A stretch of DNA of 64,000 nt from NCBI GenBank assembly GCA_964016885.1, contig OZ024747.1:25978001-26042000 (forward strand), written 5' to 3'. This stretch comes from Eledone cirrhosa (lineage: Eukaryota). The notes beneath the pieces are model-generated. The model ran no database searches. It was not told the DNA's origin and was given only the letters and a program-made list of their open reading frames with translations. The first letter of the stretch is position 1, and each line of letters opens with the position of its first letter. Below are positions 1 to 12,840 of this stretch, piece by piece. The translations under genes and the position numbers were made by a program.

Positions 1-1590
1 CCATTATGCTGCGAAAAGTGAGAGCAGGATACAAGTTGGGAAGGGGAGAGCTTACCATAAATCACCTCCTCTTCATGGACGATCTTAAGCTCTTCGGGAA
101 AAGTGAGAAGGAGTTGGATGTGCTTGTTGACACTGTCCGTATTTTCAGCAGTGATATATGTATGCAGTTTGGTATTGGTAAATGTGGAGTCATTGTGATG
201 AAGAGGGGTAGGTTGAGCAGAAGTAACGGGATCCAGATACCAACAGGTGAGATGATAAAGGAAATTGACTCTGAGGAAGGATACAAGTATTTGGGCGTTC
301 TGGAGGCTGATGGCATAAAGAACAAAAAAATGAAGGAATTGTTAAGAACTGAATACATTCGGAGAGTAAGGAGCGTATTGAAGTCACATCTGAACAGCAG
401 AAATGCCATAAGCGCAGTAAATTCCCGAGCTGTGTCTATTATTAGGTACAGTGCGGGAATTCTGAGATGGAATGTTGCCGAACAGAAAGAAATGGATAGG
501 AAGACTAGGAAGCTATTGACTATCTACAACATGTTCCACAAGAGGAGTGATGTCGATAGACTCTACCTAAGGAGATCTGAGGGTGGAAGAGGTCTTATCA
601 GCATAGAGGACTGTGTTCAGATGGAGAAAAACAACCTATACAAATACGTGACCTATAGTAAGGAGCCAATGCTCAGAGCTGTACTGAAGGAGGGGACAGT
701 AGGCCAGGGGATGTCCAGGGAGGAAATAACATCAAGGAAGAAGAGCAGCCTTAAGGGAAAACCCCTTCATAGTACCTTCTTTGAGAAAACTGAATTTAGA
801 GATCCACAGACATGGAACTGGTTGAGAAGAGGAGACCTCAAAAAGGCTACAGAAGGAATGCTAATGGCTGCGCAGGAGCAGGCCCTCAAAACGAAGTGGT
901 TGAAGCACCATATCTACAAGGAGGAGGCCAGCCCACTGTGCAGGATCTGTGGAGAGAGAGAGGAGACTGTGGCTCACATTGTGTCCGAGTGTAAACACCT
1001 AGCCCAGACCCACTATAAGGGCTGGAGACACGATGTGATGGGCAGGGTGATCCACTGGCACCTGTGCAAAGTAAACAATCTACCACATTCTGAGAAATGG
1101 TATGAGCATAGGCCAGAGGCGGTGATGGAGAACAATCAGGTGAAGGTGCTGTGGGATTTTAGGATACAGACGGACAAAAAACTGGAACACAATAGACCTG
1201 ACCTGGTGGTTGTGGACAAAGAAAAAAGATCGTGCCTGATTGTGGATGTGGCCTGCCCGTTCGACACGAGAGTGCAAGAGAAGGAGAGGGAGAAAATTAA
1301 CCGATACCAGGACCTAAAGTGGGAGGTGAAAAGGATTTGGAACTGCCATGAAGTCAAAGTGATCCCGATTGTCATAGGCGCACTGGGGACTATCTCCAAA
1401 AGTTTCCAGGGATGGTTAAAGAAAATCGGCCCCTTCACGCTTTTTGGAACGCTTCAAAAGGCATGCTTGCTTGGAACAGCAAGAACCCTCCGATACGTCC
1501 TGAATATCTGAGGCTGCAGGTAGTGGCTTGATATTCAATCCAACGGACTTTCCAGTTAACCAACATCAATGACTGAGATTCAAGGAATAA
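1..1590 (+). mobile_element. R4/Dong-like REL-endonuclease non-LTR retrotransposon (family R4-a), 3' half, cut by window edge
   Basis: ORF 6-1511 has RT motif LFMDD, YKYLG, GGRGL, CCHC-like finger (CRIC..ETVAHIVSEC), RHD and PD..D REL motif; short 3' UTR ends in (AAT)n. Confidence 0.9.
6..1511 (+). CDS. C-terminal RT + zinc finger + restriction-like endonuclease of R4-a LINE (partial)
   Basis: 501-aa uninterrupted ORF with the motifs above. Confidence 0.88.
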   Translation: MLRKVRAGYKLGRGELTINHLLFMDDLKLFGKSEKELDVLVDTVRIFSSDICMQFGIGKCGVIVMKRGRLSRSNGIQIPTGEMIKEIDSEEGYKYLGVLEADGIKNKKMKELLRTEYIRRVRSVLKSHLNSRNAISAVNSRAVSIIRYSAGILRWNVAEQKEMDRKTRKLLTIYNMFHKRSDVDRLYLRRSEGGRGLISIEDCVQMEKNNLYKYVTYSKEPMLRAVLKEGTVGQGMSREEITSRKKSSLKGKPLHSTFFEKTEFRDPQTWNWLRRGDLKKATEGMLMAAQEQALKTKWLKHHIYKEEASPLCRICGEREETVAHIVSECKHLAQTHYKGWRHDVMGRVIHWHLCKVNNLPHSEKWYEHRPEAVMENNQVKVLWDFRIQTDKKLEHNRPDLVVVDKEKRSCLIVDVACPFDTRVQEKEREKINRYQDLKWEVKRIWNCHEVKVIPIVIGALGTISKSFQGWLKKIGPFTLFGTLQKACLLGTARTLRYVLNI

Positions 1591-1619
1591 CAATAACAAT
1601 AATAATAATAATAATAATA

Positions 1620-2532
1620 GAAACTGGCTAAGAAATGGCAAGAAAAGCCTCTATATGGAAAATACCCAGAGCGAGCTAACAATCCTGATGTTGACAAAAC
1701 TTTAACCCATCAGTGGTTGGCATCCTCTGGACTGAAATCGGAGACTGAAGGACTGATTATATCGGCACAAGATCAGTGTCTGCCAACAAAAAATTACCAA
1801 CCCAACATAATAAAAAATGGGTGCAGCCCATTATGCCGTGTATGCAAAAAACAACCAGAGACCATTGACCATATAATTTCAATGTGCAGTCCGAATACCT
1901 AATCAGGTATGACAGAGCTGCACAATACATACATTGGATAATGTGTAGGCATTTTGACCTGCCCCATCAAAAGAATTGGTGGGAGCATCAACCACCTCCC
2001 ATACTTGAAAAAGATCACATCTCAATCTTGTGGAACTTTAGCATCCAAACAGACCGAAAAATAGATGCAAATAGACCTGATATAATATTGAAGGACTTTC
2101 AAAAGAGGGTATGCCTGCTAATTGATATGTCTGTTCCAATAGACAAGAATGTATCTATAAAAACATTTGAAAAATTGAGCAAGTATAAGGACCTGGAGCT
2201 GGAAATTGGAAAAATGTGGAAATTGAGAACTAAAACAATACCAGTGGTTGTAGGCGCTCTGGGAATGATACCTAAGGGGTCTAATGACTACTTATCGCAA
2301 ATCCCAGGAAACCCGCGTATAGGAGAAATACAAAAGATAGTACTAATGGGAACTGCCCATATACTAAGGAAGATTCTGTCAATATAAGTACATCACAAGT
2401 CTAAACACTAAAGATGCATGTGTGAATATGTATGTTCTTTCTTGAACATGGCTGACCTTGTTGTCTCTTGAGGTCACTGGTTGTGACTTGGTGATAACTC
2501 GTATGAACATAAAGCAAGATAAATGCAACTGT
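1620..2532 (+). mobile_element. 5'-truncated R4/Dong-like LINE, second family (R4-b), frameshifted
   Basis: ORFs 1717-1902 (AQDQ..CRVC..ETIDHIISMC) and 1884-2387 (NRPDII..DMSVP..KYKDL..VVGALG); (AAT)n on both sides. Confidence 0.88.
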
Positions 2533-2551
2533 AATAATAATAATAATAATA

Positions 2552-3188
2552 AAGAGAGAGAGGAGACTGTGGCTCACATTGTATCCGAGTGTAAACACCT
2601 AGCCCAGACTCACTATAAAGGCTGGAGACATGATGTGATGGGCAGGGTGATCCACTGGCACCTCTGCAAAGTAAACAATTTATCACATTCTGAGTAGTGG
2701 TATGAGCATAAGCCAGAGTCGGTGATAGAAAACGATCAGGTGAAGGTGCTGTGGGATTTTAGGATACAGACGGACAAGAAACTGGAACACAATAGACCTG
2801 ACCTGGTGGTTTTGCACAAGGAAAAAAGATCGTGCCTGATTGTGGATGTGGCCTGCCCATTCAACACGAGAGTGCAAGAGAAGGAGAGGTAGAAAATTAA
2901 CCGATACCAGGACCTAAAATGGGAGGTAAAAAGGATTTGGAACTACCATGAAGTCAAAGTGGTTCCGATTGTCATAGGCGCACTAGGTACTATCTCAAAA
3001 AGTTTCCAGGGATAGTTAAAGAAAATTGGCCCCGCCCCGCTTTTTGGAACACTTCAAAAGGCATGCTTGCTGGGAACAGCAAGAACCCCCCGATACGTCC
3101 TGAATATCTGAGGCTGCAGGTAGTGGCTTGATATTCATTTCAACACACTTTCCAGTTAACTAACATCAATGACTGAGACTCAAAGAAC
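2552..3188 (+). mobile_element. 5'-truncated degenerate copy of R4-a
   Basis: Near-identical to ~955-1590 but with in-frame stops; between (AAT)n tracts. Confidence 0.9.
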
Positions 3189-3215
3189 AATAATAATAAT
3201 AATTATTATTATTAT

Positions 3216-3383
3216 GCAGTATCGGTAGAGGGTCGGACATGCTTTCCAGCATAGTTACGTCCCTTTATGATCTGAGTTCAAATCCCGTGGAGGTTAACTT
3301 TGCTTTTCATCCTTACGGGGTCGATAAAATAAAGTACCAGTAATGTACTGGTAAATTGCTGGCCTTGTGCCAAAAGTAGAAAC
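3216..3383 (+). mobile_element. tRNA-like-head SINE with Nin/Deu-like domain (family SINE-N)
   Basis: B-box-like GAGTTCAAATCC, core CTTTTCATCCTTACGGGGTCGATAAAATAAAGTACCAG, tail GCTGGCCTTGTGCCAAAAGTAGAAAC(ATT)n; about 18 copies in the window. Confidence 0.8.
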
Positions 3384-3384
3384 A

Positions 3385-3435
<51 letters not shown>

Positions 3436-3651
3436 GAATGCTATGGTTGACGGAGGCTCGGCTCTGTAAGGTATTGTAAATTTTGAACGCTATAACAATT
3501 GTAAATTGTTTAAAACTTTAACGAACTTGTAGACAAAAACACCCTCCTCCTCGTGAGAGGGGTCTTTCTGCCCGTTATTTGGCCCTTCGTGGTTAAATAA
3601 CTGCTTATTGGGGTTTTGTGCCCAATATTTATTTTAAACAAAAAAAACAAC

Positions 3652-5751
3652 ATGGCTACGAAAAAGAATTTTCATAGGTCACTCCCACTCATTCCGTCTT
3701 CTTCTTCCTCAATCATCACTACAGCAGAGAGAAGATTGTCTCTCTCCCTCCCTTCTTTAAATGTGTCTCTCTCCCTCCCTTCTCTTTCGCAAGCAACGAC
3801 AGAAAAGAAAAGTCTCGTGCAAAGCGTGCAAGATTTCTCCACGACGACGACGACAACGACGAAACAGGTGTGCGGGAAATACGAAAACCCATTTCATTCG
3901 TCTGACGTCAGGAATAATAGCAGTAGCAGCCGTAATAACAACAGCAACAGTTACAATGAAAACAACAGTAGCAGCCGCAACAGCATCACCAGCAGCATAA
4001 ACAACAACAGCATTAGCAGCAGCAACACCAACAACAACCACAGCAAGAGCGGCGGAGGCAGTAGTCGTAGTACCTGCAGCAACAACAAAAGTAACAGCAG
4101 CTCTGACGACAACAACAACAACAGCAGCAAAGAAAAACCAATCTCGTTTGCAGGTATTGCGAAGAACCTGGAAACAATCCTCATAACAAATGAGGAATTA
4201 GAGGAAGCGAAGAAGATGGTGACAAAGACTGGACACCGAGCAATCTGCAAGACAGCGGAAACATTTTTCGAAACCCAATAGCACTGTACGGTCACGTACC
4301 GTACAGTAAGTACAAAATCCCGTAGGGTTGAAAGAGCCTAAGAGGCTCAAATACAAAAAGCCTTGGGGTCTGTGTGGCAGCAGAAAACGCACATCACCCG
4401 AGGCAAAAAATATGCCACCGTAAACGTACTTTTTGCCACACCCCAGGAGGCAAAGGCTCAATCCGTAGTGACCCTAAAGAGCGAGGAAATGGTGTTGGTG
4501 CCCTCCTACTGCGGGCAAAAAATTGTGAGGGTCAAACTGACCAACGTCCCCCCGGGGATGGCCCCTTCTTGGCTGGCCGCGTCTGTCCTCGTCGGAATCG
4601 AGGACAAAATAACTGTACTGCAAGTACAGAAAAAAGTAAGAGAAGATTGGGTCGGCACCTCCATTGAGATGTTAATCCAAACCAACCAGGAGTGCATCGA
4701 AGCTATCCCGGATGTGATAGACTTCGATAACGGCACTCAACTGCCCATAAGTGTTGAGGGCAAACGCCCGAAATGCTTTCGCTGTGGATCGAAGACTCAC
4801 CTCAGGGCCTTCTGCAACGAGAAGACCCTGAGAAAGGAGAAACCCCCCCTCCTTCCGAAACCGGCTCCACGGCTACCAGCAACAGGACAAGCGGCAACCA
4901 GGAACGATAGGTCCGTGGCACCCATACCCACGCCACGGAAATCAAAAACAGCAGCAGCAGTGGAAATATTAACAACAACAACAGCAATACCAAATGCAGC
5001 TGCAACAGAGACTCCAGTGCAAACATCACCAACAACAAGTGAAAGAGTGGAGCTGGTACCCCTCTCCGACCTCACAGAATCAGACATGGAGTGTGAGGTG
5101 GGAGAGGGATGGCAAAAGGTCGTAAGAAGGCACAAACGCAGAAGCAGCGCATCGTCACCTTTGAAAAGGGAGGAAAGAAATGAGAAAAGGGTAAAGTCTA
5201 CTGCAAAGAGACCCACAGCAGCAACACCACCAACACCATCACCACCCACACTAGCACCACCATCACCACCGGCGACAACCCCACCGCCAACAACACCTTC
5301 AACACCACCACCACAAGCACCAACATCGCAAACACAACAACAAAACACACACACCCAGCAACAACGACAAGAAAATAGCAGAACCACACCCCACCCCCAG
5401 AAAAACAAATGCACGGCAATAAATACACACAACAAGAAACTAATGACTTACATAATTGAACACACAGACATTTCACAACACGACTACATAATACCAGCAC
5501 CAATCAAAACGCCAACTAACATAAGACTGCTAAAAATAGCACAGAAACAATACACAAACATTAAAACGAAATTCCCCAACGCAGTTGGTGATTTCAGGGA
5601 CCTAGGAGGAATTCTCAATCGAAGAGTATATTCAGACATTCTCTTAGAAGAGCCGACAACCAGCCGAAGGGACGATTCAACGGTCCCTTCACCAGACGAT
5701 CAAGTGAAAAGGGATGTAAAAACCATCCCTCCTCTACCAAAAGTACGGTAA
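3652..5751 (+). pseudogene. Tx1 ORF1 (gag-like, CCHC knuckle) with two premature stops
   Basis: ORFs 3616-4281 and 4363-5751 are in the same frame, separated by TAG 4279 and TAA 4339; CFRCGSKTHLRAFC knuckle; Asn/Ser- and Pro/Thr-rich tracts. Confidence 0.8.
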
Positions 5752-5786
5752 GTGGTCTTTCCCATCTTTTCCACTCTATTTTAAAC

Positions 5787-8700
5787 ATGACCTCACCCAG
5801 AATAGGCAGCATAAATGCGCGTGGCTTGGGGTCGTCATAGAAGCAGGGTCACCTGCTCAACGACCTCAGGTCACTAAACATAGATGTAGTGGCCATCAGC
5901 GAGACCAGAATCTCCGAAGCACGGGCCTTCGCACCGATCTTCGGCGGCTACGATGTGTACGCATCTCCCAGCCGTCCTGGATCGGGGGGAGGAGTTGCTG
6001 TGCTTTTTCGGAGAGGTTTGGATCTCGCCATACGGGCCATCTTCCTGGACCCAGAGGGTAAGCTGGTGGTGCTGGACGTGACCAGCGGAGACGGGCAAGC
6101 TTTCAGGCTAGTGGCCGTCTATGCCCCGACAGGAGCAGGGCGGCCTGATTTCTTCCGGCGTCTGGAGACCTTTCTTGGAACGTCCCGCTCTTTAGTGTTA
6201 GTGGGCGACTGGAACGGGATCTTAGATGCACGCTGGGACTGTGTGGGATTAGCGGATAGGGGTGGAGGGTGCAAGAGCCTCACCAACCTGCTCAGGCGTT
6301 TTGAACTGTCTGACAGGTACCGAATGGATTTCCCGAATGTACCAATGTGGACTTGGACAAATCGCATAGGGTCATCCAGATCATATCTAGATAGAGTATT
6401 TTGTAGGGAAATAGATAGGTCTAGCATAGGCTGTCCACAATTCAAGATAGTCAGCTACACGGACCACAAATTCGTGATCTGTGTTCTTGACTTAGATAGA
6501 CTTCATAGACGAGGATCCGGCTACTGGAAGCTAAACGCGTCCTTACCAGCGCGCAAGGCCTACAGAAACCGGATTAGCGAACTAGTTAAGCGGGCGTTGA
6601 CGGGGGCCATCGTCAACAACAAGTGGTGGTTTTCTCTGAAAAGAGCGATTAGAATAGAATCCATTAGGTTTAGTAAGGCTTTAGCAATAGAGAAAAATAG
6701 AGCAGAGGGAGAACTAGTTAGAAAATTAGACGAGGCGCTTAGCAAAGGCATTGCGACCGACGTGCTTGCGGCGAAATTGGCCCTTGACCAATTCTTCAAT
6801 GCAAAGCACGAAGGCTGCGTTGTCAGAGCAAGGGTGCGTGCTCTCAGACACGAGGGGACGAAAGCCGTTCAATGGGCCCGAGTGGCGGAGGCGCATCGTG
6901 GCAACAAAGCCACGATCCGGTCTTTGGTGGACCACGACGGGCGCATGCTACTCGATCCCGGGCAAATGTGTGAATCTTTTCAGCGACACTTCGCTCAGCT
7001 GTTCGGGTGCAGCGGTGGGCCGGGTCGAGGGATGGACTTTAGTGTCTACCTCGACGGACTGCCGCGGCTCTCGGCCACTGAGGCGGAGTGTTGCGAAAAG
7101 CCGATAACAGCCGCTGAAGTAAGGGAGGCAATGACTGGCTGCACAAGGGGTAAATCGCCTGGTTTGGATGGTCTGCCCTATGAACTTTACGTACAGATGC
7201 CAGACTTGTTCGGAGGCCTCTTGGCGGACGTCTACTGCAACTGGCAACAGAACGGGAGAATTCCCAGTTCTGTGAGCCGAGGAGCGGTGGCACTGCTGAG
7301 AAAGGATCCGAACAAGGGGGATAACATATATAATTTCCGGCCCATAACTCTGCTAAACACAGAGTTCAAGATTTTGGCCAAGGTGCTAGTAAAGAGGTTG
7401 GCGCTTGTCGTTGGTGGTCTGGTGGGAGAGGCGCAGACATGCGCCATTCCCGACAGATCCATCCACGACAACCTCCACCTCATGCGATACATCGTAGAGA
7501 GGGTAGCTAAGGAACCTGGCACGGGTGGGTCCTTGATCAATTTAGATCAGTCGAAAGCTTTCGATAGGGTCGACCATCGTTACCTAGCGGCAGTCCTGAG
7601 GGCGGCTGGCTTTGGGCCCGTCTTCAGAGGCTGGATCGCTGCCATGCACAGCGACATCTGCTCTGTGGTGAGAGTGAACGGTCACCTGTCGGAACCGTTC
7701 AACATCATGCGCTCGGTCCGCCAAGGATGTCCCCTCTCGTCCCTCTTGTACGTATTGACTCTCGAGCCATTACTGCACAAACTGGAGACGTTGAGGGGCG
7801 TCCCACGCGAACTAGGATGCGGAAGATCCGTGTCAGCATATGCGGATGATGTCACCGTAGTGGTGTCGAACGCCAAACACATCGAGGCGATCGGCACTAC
7901 ACTAAGAGAATACGAAGCGGTGACAGGAGCAATGATCAACCAGGAAAAGTCAGTGGGCCTACACTCGGCACCTGGAGAGGCAGGTCCATGCCGTCCAACA
8001 GCGTCGTCGGACGCTGGACGGACGGACCGGTTAAATTGCTAGGGGTCTGGTTCGGTCCGGACCTCCGGACGGACAAAAACTGGGACGAGGTGACGAGCAG
8101 GGTGGCTTCTCTCACCCAGAAATGGGCGGAGAGGAAGCTATCCCTGAAAGGTCGAGCGGAGGTGGCTAACGCGTACATCGCGTCTGTCATCTGCTACCGC
8201 CTGACCGTCGTACCTTGTCCTAAGCCTCGCCTGACTGCGCTGGAGCGTTTGCTCTTTCGCTTTTTGTGGAAGGGACGCACTCCGATGGTCAGGCGGTCCA
8301 TCTGTTGTCAACACCCACTACATGGAGGGCTGGGCATGCCGTGGCTGATGATGCGCAGGCACGCGCTCAGGCTACGACATCTCCACCTCTTCCTCGACGG
8401 TGATCAGGTGTGGTCACCGTTTGCTAGACACGTATTTCCCCAGCTCGTTTCCTTGACGGAGCTGCAGTCCTGGGTCAAGCGAAGACCGAGAGGGAGCGCC
8501 TGGAGACTGGAATGTCTTCAGGCGCTCACAGCCCTCGACCAATCGGGCAATGTGATCGGTGGAAACTCCACCTCGGCGTTCTATAGAGGATTAGTGGAGT
8601 GGAAGAGCGACGACGTACTTGGGGAAACTCTAGGCGTCGACGAAAATCAACTAGCCAATCTCTTCGGAAGAACTTTCGGGCCAGAGCCTATGGACAACTT

Positions 8701-9205
8701 CCAGAAATCTCTGGCCTGGCAGTGCTACCGAGGAGCCTTGCCAGTTCGGGATAAACTCTACAGGCATGGAGGTGCCGTCAGCCGGGCATGTCCGAGATGC
8801 GCACAGGGCGACGAAACCGTCCTGCACGCACTCGTCCAGTGTCCGAAAATTACTGACTTGTGGGTTTATGTCGAACACCTGCTGTCGCGTTTAGGACAGA
8901 TCCGGCTATCATCTGAGTCCATCGTGAGGATTGCCCCGCCCTCCTCCTTTAGCCGGGAAGGGCAGGCAGTTTTTATCTGTCTGGTGGCCATGGCGAAAGA
9001 GATAGTATGGTGGACACGTTTGAAAGGGCTGAAGACGAGCACTTACCTCTTCGGTGATGCTCTGATTGACTTTTTCAAATTTCATTTGAAAAGGAAAATC
9101 AGAGTAGAGAGGGAAGTGCTCTCTTCCCAGCATTTTGTTGAAAGATGGGTGAGAGAAGCAAGAATGGCCCGAGTGAATGGGCCTACTCTGAGTATATATC
9201 TGTAA
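5787..9205 (+). pseudogene. Tx1 ORF2: APE endonuclease + RT + C-terminal CCHC
   Basis: SINARGL, ISETR, GDWN, SYLDR, TDH, YWKLN, KSPGLDG, NFRPITLLN, KAFDRV, RQGCPLS, YADD, CPRC..ETVLHALVQC; TAG at 5838 and frameshift near 7960. Confidence 0.9.
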
Positions 9206-10079
9206 ATTAAAGGTGGAAAACTGGGAGAGGGCACTTGCCTTGGTGGTCAGGGTCATTGTAGCTTTTTACTGGGCTTTCTCCACAAATGTCCCTCCGAAGT
9301 CTCCCCCCTATTGGGGAATTTTTCATTGTTATTTTTTTGTTACACCCTCTGTTTTTGTTTTTTACACGCAGAAATGCCCATTTGTACAGTCCTGTATTGT
9401 CCTGCACTGTCCTTAATGTCTACTTTATGTAAACCCTTGTGGTTAATAAAGAAATCATTATTATTATTATTATTATTTGTAGTGTTATTACCATTATTAT
9501 TCTTACTACTGCTACAGGAAAGTCAATGTGTGTTTCCCCAACAAGTTGATGTGATATCAGCGATGTTTCGTTTCAACACAAGTAGAAATGTCTTATGTAA
9601 ACACTATACTGATGGAATTTTCTATTTTAATCTACCAATTTCTGTTTACTCTGACAATAACACGCCATCTCTCCTTTCATCTGCTATTCTTTCAATTACA
9701 GAAAATTTTCATTAAGTTCTGTGTTAATTACTGGCTAGTTTAAATTTACTTGCATGCCTCTACATTATTGATCAAAATCAGCTGTAGTCGTTAGTGATTA
9801 GAACCCCCCCCCCCCACTCATCTATATATAGAAATCCTGGCAATCCTAGCAATCGAAGCAATCCATCAACATCACTCCAGTTTTACAATGTGTGTCCAAC
9901 AACTAAGACATTACATTACATTACTAGGTTGAAATGTTGCCTTACTAAGCCGATACATTTCTATCAAGTATCAAATTTGTAGAAATTTGTTTATTTTCTA
10001 CAAATTTCTACAAATTTCATACTTGATGACCCAATAATTATTACTCGATCAAATTTTCTATTTCTTCATCAATTCTTCT

Positions 10080-10345
10080 ATCTACATATTCATCAATCCA
10101 TCCATAAATACACCTATCCATTTATCCATCCATCCTTCCTCCTATAGGTCTATCTATCCATCCAACCTCCATCCATCAATTCATCCACTGAACCGTCCAC
10201 CCTTATTCCACCCATCCATTACTCATCAATTCATTCATTCAACCACCCAACCATCTGTCTATCAATCCTTTCACCCATCAATCACTCCACCCATCAATCC
10301 GTTCACTCATCTGTCAATCCACCCGTCCATTGACCAATCTATCTA
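10080..10345. repeat. Degenerate (TCCA)n tract
   Basis: Visible tetranucleotide periodicity. Confidence 0.75.
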
Positions 10346-10507
10346 CCATATATAAAACATTCACATGTATAGCCCGTATACAGTTCTGTAGACTATACGC
10401 TTAGACTTTAGCCAATGCTGTATATATTAGATGTAATGATATATATATAATATGCTTATAAAGACAATATATAAAGATGTTTCTATTTAATATGTTCATG
10501 GACCGAA

Positions 10508-10835
10508 TAATAATAATAATAAAAATAGAATGGGGAAGAAAAATTAATTTTCACATACGTGTTCATTCAGAGAAGAGAGTTAATTTATCTGTCCACCCTT
10601 CTCTGAATGAACATGTATGTGAAAATTAATTTTTCTTCCCCTTTCTATTTTTATTATTATTATTATTATCACTATGTGTACAAATATGCAACTTAACAAT
10701 ATTCTGCATATCCGCAATTGACAATGCATGTAATGCTGAAACCGGTATTGTACATAAATTAATGTTTTGATAATTCCCTGAAAGAAATCTCTTCCACATT
10801 TTCTACTGAAAAAATCTTTTTCCTTTTTACTATTT

Positions 10836-10840
<5 letters not shown>
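10508..10840. repeat. Fold-back element (arms ~10508-10575 / 10598-10668) with a right-hand extension ending in (TA)n
   Basis: Near-perfect ~70-bp inverted repeat; GAAACCGGTA remnant at ~10738. Confidence 0.7.
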
Positions 10841-10901
<61 letters not shown>

Positions 10902-12667
10902 ATGAATTTCGTATATATGGTATGTTTACGAATAAACATAGCTATGAATATTGAAAAGCTAACGGCTAGTGCCGCCTAGCAAATTCCTGTAGAAGTAGCG
11001 GGGAGACAACAGGCAACATGTTTCTGGCTCAGGCCTAAAAAAAAAAAAATTTAAAAAGACCAAAGGTGATCTCTGCATGACTTAAACTCAGAGCGCAGTG
11101 AGCCTGGAACAAATACAGAGGCTTTTTTAACCCGACAGTCTCAATGCCTCGGCCAATTCGCCGAGATCTTCTAAAGAGAAATAGATATTTTGTACAGGAG
11201 TCCAGTCTAACCTGGCCTGTTGGTTTTGGTTGAATGTGTAAATACAAGACGGAAACGAAATGGAGAGAGAAGGAGCTCCCTTTAAAATATCCCATTTCTA
11301 GTAAGAACGGAATTTCTTTATATAATTACTTTTTTGGTTTGTACTTACAGATTTGTTTACCAATTATTCATGTCATTTGTAGCGCAGTTGCTTGTTATTG
11401 GTGCACCTGCTTATTATTGACGCATCTACTTAATTGTTATTGATGCACCTGCATGTTATTGTTGTCACTATATGATGTTGGTGCCAACTTTCTCATGTAA
11501 TGCTTCCAGAATTAGATGATGAGGAAGCCATAATTTATAATATTGTCTTAGATTGTGGATTTTTTTCCGATTGAGTTTTATTTGTTTGTCCCCCGAAGAA
11601 GTATTAGACTCAAGGATTTGTCTACTGTAGGTCGGGGGATGGGGGTTGTTATGTTTGCCGTTTGATTAGTATAGCATATTAAGGTGGGGTTTTTCATTCA
11701 ATTGCTTTCTGTGTCTTCTGCAAAGAGTTGTGACCGTCAGATAGCATCGACAATTGAAATACTAATGGAAACATAGTTTCCTTGGTTTGATCTGACGATC
11801 GGTTCTTTTCGTTTTGTCCTGTTCTCTATTGGTATTGCAGATTTTGCTTTTTTACTTGATGCAAATCTCCCGCAGTTTTGTAATTCACCCATGTACTGAC
11901 CCCAACATCGGAGAGCCCAGTTACCAGTTACTAATAAAATAAATAATAATAATAGATATTCTTATTACAATTATCAGTAGCATTATTAGACCTCATCACA
12001 ATTCTAATTTTAATCTAATTATAGCAGCTTATTTAACATGTATTCACTATTTACAGTATGTTATTTGTTGTTATCTATTTTTATCCAACACATATTTTAA
12101 TTAATTTCTTTTGTATCGTAACAAGGATCCTAGCAATAGAGACTTCTCAATGAAACCAATTCTTTATAACATCTTAAACATCTTAGTTTTGCTATTTTAA
12201 ACTAATTTTCGTGCTTTTGATATCTGCAGCTAAATTTAGAAAAAAAAAAGCAATTTTGCTTCATTATATTTTCTTTAAATTTTAATTAAGTTCATTTTAG
12301 TAACCTTTGTACCTAGAACTCTATTTTCCGCTTAATTTATCACCTCGTCTGTTCAGTGGCATTGCTACGGTAAATCATTGTTAATTTATTAAGAGATCGT
12401 TGTTTCTAAAATTATAGATCAGACACGATTAATTACACGGTTAGAGGCCAGTTTCTATATTTATAACACGTCGTCAAAATAAACATATACGAAATATGAT
12501 TATAATTTAAAAAGATGAGAAACGTTTTTATAACGTACTCTACATTTACATTAACGTCTACACTATGTATCGAACGGGTTGATCTTCGAATGTCATAAGT
12601 TGTCTTATTCTTGGGTTTAAACATAGTACGGCATTGAATTCTAAATAAGAACCTTTCCGATCTAATA

Positions 12668-12840
12668 ATTGTTTCTACTTTTGATACAAGGCCAGCAATT
12701 AATCCAGTGTATTACTGGTACTTTATTTTATCGACCCCGTAAGGATGAAAGGCAAAGTTAACCTCGGTGGGATTTCAACTTAGACCATAAAGGGGCCTTA
12801 CTCCATGCTGCAAAACATGGCGTCCGATCCTCTACCGATT
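12668..12840 (-). mobile_element. SINE-N copy; further copies at ~15869-16080(-), 16094-16200(-), 17350-17487(-), 17502-17650(-), 33288-33430(-), 33447-33580(-), 41370-41540(+), 42316-42412(+), 44975-45032(+), 45610-45775(+), 45793-45980(+), 57778-57950(-), 57978-58175(-), 58270-58335(-), 60279-60460(-), 62890-63030(+)
   Basis: Shared core and tail with 3216-3383. Confidence 0.8.

Larger units (their letters stand above)
3436..9456 (+). mobile_element. Full-length Tx1/L1-clade LINE inserted in (TTA)n, disabled
   Basis: Two-ORF architecture, (TTA)n on both flanks, 3' end CCCTTGTGGTTAATAAAGAAATC(ATT)n. Confidence 0.92.

Noticed and set aside
4279-4341. Programmed readthrough or a separate ORF0 in Tx1
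   Set aside because: Two different in-frame stops plus lesions in ORF2 point to ordinary decay
9518-9715. Open frame after the Tx1 tail (ESQCVFPQ..ENFH)
   Set aside because: Short, no recognisable homology, weak splice support
10900-11935. Unique-looking segment, possibly an LTR-element or exon remnant
   Set aside because: No motif, repeat partner or ORF that I could identify
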